Shown in pieces: positions 42,700 to 53,525 of a stretch of DNA of 64,000 nucleotides (within the stretch, counting starts at the first letter, position 1; every line of letters begins with the position of its first letter). The notes beneath the pieces are model-generated. The model was not told the DNA's origin, did no database searches, and was given only the letters and a program-made list of their open reading frames with translations. A program made the position numbers and the translations under genes. The DNA is from Auanema rhodensis (Eukaryota; Animalia; Nematoda): the NCBI GenBank assembly GCA_964057225.1, contig OZ059899.1, positions 17,980,001 through 18,044,000 on the forward strand, in the 5' to 3' direction.

Positions 42700-45600
42700 T
42701 ACCATGCACCAATATCAATAAAAATTTGTTTTTAGACTAATATGGACATGGGGAATCTAATTTTGAGAACTGTATCTCTTTATCTTTCACGTGAAGCGAG
42801 TTACATACCAAGTGCACATCACGTGTACATTTAATTAGCATAAATTAAAGTTCACGTAAATTTCAAAGTCATGGTTACCATGCACCAATATCAATGAAAA
42901 TTTGTTTTAAGACTAATATGGACATGAAGAATCTAATTTTGAAAACCGCATCTCTTTATCTTTCACGTGAAGCAAGTTACATACCAATTGCACATCACGT
43001 GTACATTTAATTAGCATAAATAAAAGTTCACGTAAATTTCAAAGTCATGGTTACCATGCACCAATATCAATAAAAATTTGTTTCTAGACTAATATGGACA
43101 TGGGAAATCTAATTTTGAGAACTGCATCTCTTTATCTTTCACGTGAAGCGAGTTACATACCAAGTGCACATCACGTGTACATTTAATTAGCATAAATTAA
43201 AGTTCACGTAAATTTCAAAGTCATGGTTACCATGAACCAATATCAATAAAAATTTGTTTTTAGACTAATATGGACATAGGAAATCTAATTTTGTTAACCG
43301 CATCTCTTTATCTTTCACGTGAAGCGAGTTACATACCGAGTGCATACCACGTGTACATTTAATTAGCATAAATTAAAGTTCACGTAAATTTCAAAATCAT
43401 GGTTACCATGCACCAATATCAGTAAAAAACTGTTTTTAGACTAATATGGACATGGGGAATCTAATTTTTAAAACCGCATCTCTTTATCTTTCACGTGAAG
43501 CGAGTTACATACCAAGTGCACACCGCGTGTACATTTAATTAGCATAAATTGAAGTTCACGTAAATTTCAAAGTCATGGTTACCATGCACCAATATCAATA
43601 AAAATTTGTTTTAAGACTAATATGGACATGGGGAATCTAATTGTGAAAACCGCATCTCCTTATCTTTCACGTGAAGCGAGTTACATACCAAGTGCACATC
43701 ACTTGTACATTTAATTAGCTTAAATTAAAGTTCTCGTAAATTTCAAAGTCATGGTTACCATGCACCAATATCAGTAAAAAATTGTTTTCAGACTAATATG
43801 AACATGGGGAATCTAATTTTAAAAACCGCATCTCTTTATCTTTCACGTGAAGCGAGTTACATACGGAGTGCACACCACGTGTACATTTAATTAGCATAAA
43901 TTAAAGTTCACGTAAATTTCAAAGTCATGGTTACCATGCACCAATATCAATAAAAATTTGTTTTCAGACTAATATGGACATGGGGAATCTAATTGTGAAA
44001 ACCGCATCTCCTTATCTTTCACGTGAAGCGAGTTACATACCAAGTGCACATCACTTGTACATTTAATTAGCATAAATTAAAGTTCACGTAAATTTCAAAA
44101 TCATGGTTACCATGCACCAATATCAGTAAAAAACTGTTTTTAGACTATTATGGACATGGGGAATCTAATTTTTAAAACCGCATCTCTTTATCTTTCACGT
44201 GAAGCGAGTTACATACCAAGTGCACATCACGTGTACATTTAATTAGCATAAATTAAAGTTCACGTAAATTTCAAAGTCATGGTTACCATGCACCAATATC
44301 AATAAAAATTTGTTTCTAGACTAATATGGACATGGGGAATCTAATTTTGAGAACTGCATCTCTTTATCTTTCACGTGAAGCGAGTTACATACCAAGTGCA
44401 CATCACGTGTACATTTAATTAGCATAAATTAAAGTTCACGTAAATTTCAAAGTCATGGTTACCATGCACCAATATCAATAAAAATTTGTTTTTAGACTAA
44501 TATGGACATGAGGAATCAAATTTTGAAAACCGCATCTTTTTATCTTTCACGTGAAGCGAGTTACATACCGAGTGCACACCACGTGTACATTTAATTAGCA
44601 TAAATTAAAGTTCACGTAAATTTCAAAGTCATGGTTACCATGAACCAATATCAATAAAAATTTGTTTTTAGACTAATATGGACATGGGGAATCTAATTTT
44701 GGAAACCGCATCTCTTTATCTTTCACGTGAAGCGAGATACATACCGAGTGCACACCACGTGTACATTTATGTAGCATAAAATAAAGTTCACGTAAATTTC
44801 AAAATCATGGTTACCATGCACCAATATCAGTAAAAAACTGTTTTTAGACTAATATGGACATGGGGAATCTAATTTTGGAAACCGCATCTCTTTATCTTTC
44901 ACGTGAAGCGAGATACATACCGAGTGCACACCACGTGTACATTTATGTAGCATAAAATAAAGTTCACGTAAATTTCAAAGTCATGGTTACCATGCACCAA
45001 TATCAATAAAAATTTGTTTTTAGACTAATATGGACATGGGGAATCTAATTTCGAAAACCGCATCTCTTTATCTTTCACGTGAAGCGAGTTACATACCGAG
45101 TGCACACCATGTGTACATTTAATTAGCATAAATTAAAGTTCACGTAAATTTCAAAATCATGGTTACCATGCACCAATATCAGTAAAAAACTGTTTTTAGA
45201 CTAATATGGACATGGGGAATCTAATTTTGGAAACCGCATCTCTTTATCTTTCACGTGAAGCGAGATACATACCGAGTGCACACCACGTGTACATTTATGT
45301 AGCATAAAATAAAGTTCACGTAAATTTCAAAGTCATGGTTACCATGCACCAATATCGATAAAAATTTGTTTTTAGACTAATATGGACATGGGGAATCTAA
45401 TTTTGGAAACCGCATCTCTTCATCTTTCACGTGAAGCGAGATACATACCGAGTGCACACCACGTGTACATTTATGTAGCATAAAATAAAGTTCACGTAAA
45501 TTTCAAAATCATGGTTACCATGCACCAATATCAGTAAAAAACTGTTTTTAGACTAATATGGACATGGGGAATCTAGTTTTGGAAACCGCATCTCTTTATC

Positions 45601-48600
45601 TTTCACGTGAAGCGAGTTACATACCGAGTGCACACCACGTGTACATTTAATTAGCATAAATTAAAGTTCACGTAAATTTCAAAATCATGGTTACCATGCA
45701 CCAATATCAGTAAAAAACTGTTTTTAGACTAATATGGACATGGGGAATCTAATTTTTAAAACCGCATCTCTTTATCTTTCACGTGAAGCGAGTTACATAC
45801 CAAGTGCACACCGCGTGTACATTTAATTAGCATAAATTGAAGTTCACGTAAATTTCAAAGTCATGGTTACCATGCACCAATATCAATAAAAATTTGTTTT
45901 AAGACTAATATGGACATGGGGAATCTAATTGTGAAAACCGCATCTCCTTATCTTTCACGTGAAGCGAGTTACATACCAAGTGCACATCACTTGTACATTT
46001 AATTAGCTTAAATTAAAGTTCTCGTAAATTTCAAAGTCATGGTTACCATGCACCAATATCAGTAAAAAATTGTTTTCAGACTAATATGAACATGGGGAAT
46101 CTAATTTTAAAAACCGCATCTCTTTATCTTTCACGTGAAGCGAGTTACATACGGAGTGCACACCACGTGTACATTTAATTAGCATAAATTAAAGTTCACG
46201 TAAATTTCAAAGTCATGGTTACCATGCACCAATATCAATAAAAATTTGTTTTCAGACTAATATGGACATGGGGAATCTAATTGTGAAAACCGCATCTCCT
46301 TATCTTTCACGTGAAGCGAGTTACATACCAAGTGCACATCACTTGTACATTTAATTAGCATAAATTAAAGTTCACGTAAATTTCAAAATCATGGTTACCA
46401 TGCACCAATATCAGTAAAAAACTGTTTTTAGACTATTATGGACATGGGGAATCTAATTTTTAAAACCGCATCTCTTTATCTTTCACGTGAAGCGAGTTAC
46501 ATACCAAGTGCACATCACGTGTACATTTAATTAGCATAAATTAAAGTTCACGTAAATTTCAAAGTCATGGTTACCATGCACCAATATCAATAAAAATTTG
46601 TTTCTAGACTAATATGGACATGGGGAATCTAATTTTGAGAACTGCATCTCTTTATCTTTCACGTGAAGCGAGTTACATACCAAGTGCACATCACGTGTAC
46701 ATTTAATTAGCATAAATTAAAGTTCACGTAAATTTCAAAGTCATGGTTACCATGCACCAATATCAATAAAAATTTGTTTTTAGACTAATATGGACATGAG
46801 GAATCAAATTTTGAAAACCGCATCTTTTTATCTTTCACGTGAAGCGAGTTACATACCGAGTGCACACCACGTGTACATTTAATTAGCATAAATTAAAGTT
46901 CACGTAAATTTCAAAGTCATGGTTACCATGAACCAATATCAATAAAAATTTGTTTTTAGACTAATATGGACATGGGGAATCTAATTTTGGAAACCGCATC
47001 TCTTTATCTTTCACGTGAAGCGAGATACATACCGAGTGCACACCACGTGTACATTTATGTAGCATAAAATAAAGTTCACGTAAATTTCAAAATCATGGTT
47101 ACCATGCACCAATATCAGTAAAAAACTGTTTTTAGACTAATATGGACATGGGGAATCTAATTTTGGAAACCGCATCTCTTTATCTTTCACGTGAAGCGAG
47201 ATACATACCGAGTGCACACCACGTGTACATTTATGTAGCATAAAATAAAGTTCACGTAAATTTCAAAGTCATGGTTACCATGCACCAATATCAATAAAAA
47301 TTTGTTTTTAGACTAATATGGACATGGGGAATCTAATTTCGAAAACCGCATCTCTTTATCTTTCACGTGAAGCGAGTTACATACCGAGTGCACACCATGT
47401 GTACATTTAATTAGCATAAATTAAAGTTCACGTAAATTTCAAAATCATGGTTACCATGCACCAATATCAGTAAAAAACTGTTTTTAGACTAATATGGACA
47501 TGGGGAATCTAATTTTGGAAACCGCATCTCTTTATCTTTCACGTGAAGCGAGATACATACCGAGTGCACACCACGTGTACATTTATGTAGCATAAAATAA
47601 AGTTCACGTAAATTTCAAAATCATGGTTACCATGCACCAATATCAGTAAAAAACTGTTTTTAGACTAATATGGACATGGGGAATCTAATTTTGGAAACCG
47701 CATCTCTTTATCTTTCACGTGAAGCGAGATACATACCGAGTGCACACCACGTGTACATTTATGTAGCATAAAATAAAGTTCACGTAAATTTCAAAGTCAT
47801 GGTTACCATGCACCAATATCAATAAAAATTTGTTTTTAGACTAATATGGACATGGGGAATCTAATTTTGAGAACTGTATCTCTTTATCTTTCACGTGAAG
47901 CGAGTTACATACCAAGTGCACATCACGTGTACATTTAATTAGCATAAATTAAAGTTCACGTAAATTTCAAAGTCATGGTTACCATGCACCAATATCAATG
48001 AAAATTTGTTTTAAGACTAATATGGACATGAAGAATCTAATTTTGAAAACCGCATCTCTTTATCTTTCACGTGAAGCAAGTTACATACCAATTGCACATC
48101 ACGTGTACATTTAATTAGCATAAATAAAAGTTCACGTAAATTTCAAAGTCATGGTTACCATGCACCAATATCAATAAAAATTTGTTTCTAGACTAATATG
48201 GACATGGGAAATCTAATTTTGAGAACTGCATCTCTTTATCTTTCACGTGAAGCGAGTTACATACCAAGTGCACATCACGTGTACATTTAATTAGCATAAA
48301 TTAAAGTTCACGTAAATTTCAAAGTCATGGTTACCATGAACCAATATCAATAAAAATTTGTTTTTAGACTAATATGGACATAGGAAATCTAATTTTGTTA
48401 ACCGCATCTCTTTATCTTTCACGTGAAGCGAGTTACATACCGAGTGCACACCACGTGTACATTTAATTAGCATAAATTAAAGTTCACGTAAATTTCAAAA
48501 TCATGGTTACCATGCACCAATATCAGTAAAAAACTGTTTTTAGACTAATATGGACATGGGGAATCTAATTTTTAAAACCGCATCTCTTTATCTTTCACGT

Positions 48601-49800
48601 GAAGCGAGTTACATACCAAGTGCACACCGCGTGTACATTTAATTAGCATAAATTGAAGTTCACGTAAATTTCAAAGTCATGGTTACCATGCACCAATATC
48701 AATAAAAATTTGTTTTAAGACTAATATGGACATGGGGAATCTAATTATGAAAACCGCATCTCCTTATCTTTCACGTGAAGCGAGTTACATACCAAGTGCA
48801 CATCACTTGTACATTTAATTAGCTTAAATTAAAGTTCTCGTAAATTTCAAAGTCATGGTTACCATGCACCAATATCAGTAAAAAATTGTTTTCAGACTAA
48901 TATGAACATGGGGAATCTAATTTTAAAAACCGCATCTCTTTATCTTTCACGTGAAGCGAGTTACATACGGAGTGCACACCACGTGTACATTTAATTAGCA
49001 TAAATTAAAGTTCACGTAAATTTCAAAGTCATGGTTACCATGCACCAATATCAATAAAAATTTGTTTTCAGACTAATATGGACATGGGGAATCTAATTGT
49101 GAAAACCGCATCTCCTTATCTTTCACGTGAAGCGAGTTACATACCAAGTGCACATCACTTGTACATTTAATTAGCATAAATTAAAGTTCACGTAAATTTC
49201 AAAATCATGGTTACCATGCACCAATATCAGTAAAAAACTGTTTTTAGACTATTATGGACATGGGGAATCTAATTTTTAAAACCGCATCTCTTTATCTTTC
49301 ACGTGAAGCGAGTTACATACCAAGTGCACATCACGTGTACATTTAATTAGCATAAATTAAAGTTCACGTAAATTTCAAAGTCATGGTTACCATGCACCAA
49401 TATCAATAAAAATTTGTTTCTAGACTAATATGGACATGGGGAATCTAATTTTGAGAACTGCATCTCTTTATCTTTCACGTGAAGCGAGTTACATACCAAG
49501 TGCACATCACGTGTACATTTAATTAGCATAAATTAAAGTTCACGTAAATTTCAAAGTCATGGTTACCATGCACCAATATCAATAAAAATTTGTTTTTAGA
49601 CTAATATGGACATGAGGAATCAAATTTTGAAAACCGCATCTTTTTATCTTTCACGTGAAGCGAGTTACATACCGAGTGCACACCACGTGTACATTTAATT
49701 AGCATAAATTAAAGTTCACGTAAATTTCAAAGTCATGGTTACCATGAACCAATATCAATAAAAATTTGTTTTTAGACTAATATGGACATAGGAAATCTAA
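42700..49800 (-). repeat. Nested 13-mer + 16-mer (= 29-mer, 5104 bp) higher-order repeat; boundaries approximate
   Basis: TTCTCG occurs at 43731/46019/48835 and GACTATTATG at 44143/46431/49247 (offsets 2288 and 2816). GAACTGTATC occurs at 42767/47871 (offset 5104). Confidence 0.88.
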
Positions 49801-52800
49801 TTTTGTTAACCGCATCTCTTTATCTTTCACGTGAAGCGAGTTACATACCGAGTGCACACCACGTGTACATTTAATTAGCATAAATTAAAGTTCACGTAAA
49901 TTTCAAAATCATGGTTACCATGCACCAATATCAGTAAAAAACTGTTTTTAGACTAATATGGACATGGGGAATCTAATTTTTAAAACCGCATCTCTTTATC
50001 TTTCACGTGAAGCGAGTTACATACCAAGTGCACATCACGTGTACATTTAATTAGCATAAATTAAAGTTCACGTAAATTTCAAAGTCATGGTTACCATGCA
50101 CCAATATCAATATTAATTTGTTTTTAGACTAATATGGACATGGGGAATCTAATTTTGAGAACTGCATCTCTTTATCTTTCACGTGAAGCGAGTTACATAC
50201 CAAGTGCACATCACGTGTACATTTAATTAGCATAAATTAAAGTTCACGTAAATTTCAAAGTCATGGTTACCATGCACCAATATCAATAAAAATTTGTTTT
50301 TAGACTAATATGGACATGGGGAATCTAATTTCGAAAACCGCATCTCTTTATCTTTCACGTGAAGCGAGTTACATACCGAGTGCACACCATGTGTACATTT
50401 AATTAGCATAAATTAAAGTTCACGTAAATTTCAAAATCATGGTTACCATGCACCAATATCAGTAAAAAACTGTTTTTAGACTAATATGGACATGGGGAAT
50501 CTAATTTTGGAAACCGCATCTCTTTATCTTTCACGTGAAGCGAGATACATACCGAGTGCACACCACGTGTACATTTATGTAGCATAAAATAAAGTTCACG
50601 TAAATTTCAAAGTCATGGTTACCATGCACCAATATCGATAAAAATTCGTTTTTAGACTAATATGGACATGGGGAATCTAATTTTGGAAACCGCATCTCTT
50701 TATCTTTCACGTGAAGCGAGATACATACCGAGTGCACACCACGTGTACATTTATGTAGCATAAAATAAAGTTCACGTAAATTTCAAAATCATGGTTACCA
50801 TGCACCAATATCAGTAAAAAACTGTTTTTAGACTAATATGGACATGGGGAATCTAATTTTGGAAACCGCATCTCTTTATCTTTCACGTGAAGCGAGATAC
50901 ATACCGAGTGCACACCACGTGTACATTTATGTAGCATAAAATAAAGTTCACGTAAATTTCAAAGTCATGGTTACCATGCACCAATATCAATAAAAATTTG
51001 TTTTTAGACTAATATGGACATGGGGAATCTAATTTTGAGAACTGCATCTCTTTATCTTTCACGTGAAGCAAGTTACATACCAAGTGCACATCACGTGTAC
51101 ATTTAATTAGCATAAATTAAAGTTCACGTAAATTTCAAAGTCATGGTTACCATGCACCAATATCAATAAAAATTTGTTTTTAGACTAATATGGACATGAG
51201 GAATCAAATTTTGAAAACCGCATCTTTTTATCTTTCACGTGAAGCGAGTTACATACCGAGTGCACACCACGTGTACATTTAATTAGCATAAATTAAAGTT
51301 CACGTAAATTTCAAAGTCATGGTTACCATGAACCAATATCAATAAAAATTTGTTTTTAGACTAATATGGACATAGGAAATCTAATTTTGTTAACCGCATC
51401 TCTTTATCTTTCACGTGAAGCGAGTTACATACCGAGTGCACACCACGTGTACATTTAATTAGCATAAATTAAAGTTCACGTAAATTTCAAAATCATGGTT
51501 ACCATGCACCAATATCAGTAAAAAACTGTTTTTAGACTAATATGGACATGGGGAATCTAAGTTTGGAAACCGCATCTCTTTTTCTTTCACGTGAAGCGAG
51601 ATACATACCGAGTGCACACCACGTGTACATTTATGTAGCATAAAATAAAGTTCACGTAAATTTCAAAGTCATGGTTACCATGCACCAATATCGATAAAAA
51701 TTTGTTTTTAGACTAATATGGACATGGGGAATCTAATTGGGAAAACCTCATCTCTTTATCTTTCACGTGAAGCGAGTTACATACCGGGTGCACACCATGT
51801 GTACATTTAATTAGCATAAATTAAAGTTCACGTAAATTTCAAAGTCATGGTTACCATGCACCAATATCAATAAAAATTTGTTTTAAGACTAATATGGACA
51901 TGGGAAATCTAATTTTGAAAACCGCATCTCTTTATCTTTCACGTGAAGCAAGTTACATACCAAGTGCACATCACGTGTACATTTAATTAGCATAAATTAA
52001 AGTTCACGTAAAATTCAAAGTCATGGTTACCATGCACCAATATCAGTAAAAAACTGTTTTTAGACTAATATGGACATGGGGAATCTAATTTTGGAAACCG
52101 CATCTCTTTTTCTTTCACGTGAAGCGAGATACATACCGAGTGCACACCACGTGTACATTTATGTAGCATAAAATAAAGTTCACGTAAATTTCAAAGTCAT
52201 GGTTACCATGCACCAATATCGATAAAAATTTGTTTTTAGACTAATATGGAAATGGGGAATGTAATTGGGAAAACCTCATCTCTTTATCTTTCACGTGAAG
52301 CGAGTTACATACCGGGTGCACACCATGTGTACATTTAATTAGCATAAATTAAAGTTCACGTAAATTTCAAAGTCATGGTTACCATGCACCAATATCAATA
52401 AAAATTTGTTTTAAGACTAATATGGACATGGGGAATCTAATTTTGAAAACCGCATCTCTTTATCTTTCACGTGAATCAAGTTACATACCAAGTGCACATC
52501 ACGTGTACATTTAATTAGCATAAATTAAAGTTCACGTAAATTTCAAAGTCATGGTTACCATGCACCAATATCAATAAAAATTTGTTTTCAGACTAATATG
52601 GACATGGGGAATCTAATTTTAAAAACCGCATCTCTTTATCTTTCACGTGAAGCGAGTTACATACCGAGTGCACACCACGTGTACATTTAATTAGCATAAA
52701 TTAAAGTTCACGTAAATTTCAAAGTCATGGTTACCATACACCAATATCAATAAAAATTTGTTTTTAAACTAATATGGACATGTGGAGTCTAATTTTAAAA

Positions 52801-53392
52801 ACCGCATCTCTTTATCTTTCACGTGAAGCGAGTTACATACCGAGTGCACACCACGTGTACATTTAATTAGCATAAATTAAAGTTCACGTAAATTTCAAAG
52901 TCATGGTTACCATGCACCAATATCAATAAAAATTTGTTTTAAGACTAATATGGACATGGGGAATCTAATTTTGAAAACCGCATCTCTTTATCTTTCACGT
53001 GAAGCGAGTTACATACCGAGTGCACACCATGTGTACATTTAATTAGCATAAATTAAAGTTCACGTAAATTTCAAAGTCATGGTTACCATGCACCAATATC
53101 AGTAAAAAACTGTTTTTAGACTAATATGGACATGGGGAATCTAATTGTGAGAACTGCATCTCTTTATCTTTCACGTGAAGCGAGTTACATACCAAGTGCA
53201 CATCACGTGTACTTTTAATTAGCATAAATTAAAGTTCACGTAAATTTCAAAGTCATGGTTACCATACACCAATATCAATAAAAATTTGTTTTTAGACTAA
53301 TATGGACATGGGGAATCTAATTTCGAAAACCGCATCTCTTTATCTTTCACGTGAAGCGAGTTACATACCGAGTGCACACCACGTGTACATTT

Positions 53393-53525
53393 ATGTAGCA
53401 TGTAGCGAGATATCAACTGATATAAATTCAAACTTATATCCTCAATGTAGTATAGTGCATTCGATGCGGATTTTTAAGCTGCGTCGATCTGTGTTATCAG
53501 ATTTGCGCTAGCTTACAAATGCACC
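53393..53525. other. Junction between the 176-bp and 351-bp satellites, with a 7-bp tandem duplication and an internally deleted (119-bp) first 351 unit
   Basis: ATGTAGC occurs twice (53393-53406). GAGATATC at 53407 and 53526 is only 119 bp apart. The sequence jumps from TATATCCTC to AATGTAGTATAG through a shared CTC. Confidence 0.92.

Larger units (their letters stand above)
7741..53401 (-). repeat. 176-bp satellite array, orientation B (reverse complement of block 1, about 259 monomers)
   Basis: GAAAACCGCATCTCTTTATCTTTCACGTGAAGCGAG is the reverse complement of the block-1 monomer. The phase at 7741 is kept at 13021, 23581, 34141, 44701 and 52621 (255 x 176). The array ends at ...TTTATGTAGCAT (53401). 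Confidence 0.99.

Noticed and set aside
7741-53401. Apparent global 2640-bp periodicity
   Set aside because: 2640 is the least common multiple of 176 and the 60-nt line width, so it is a display effect. I accepted it only at about 22400-26960, where diagnostic variants agree.
53302-53511. 69-aa ORF spanning the satellite junction
   Set aside because: It is a chance fusion of two satellite frames with no gene context or motif.
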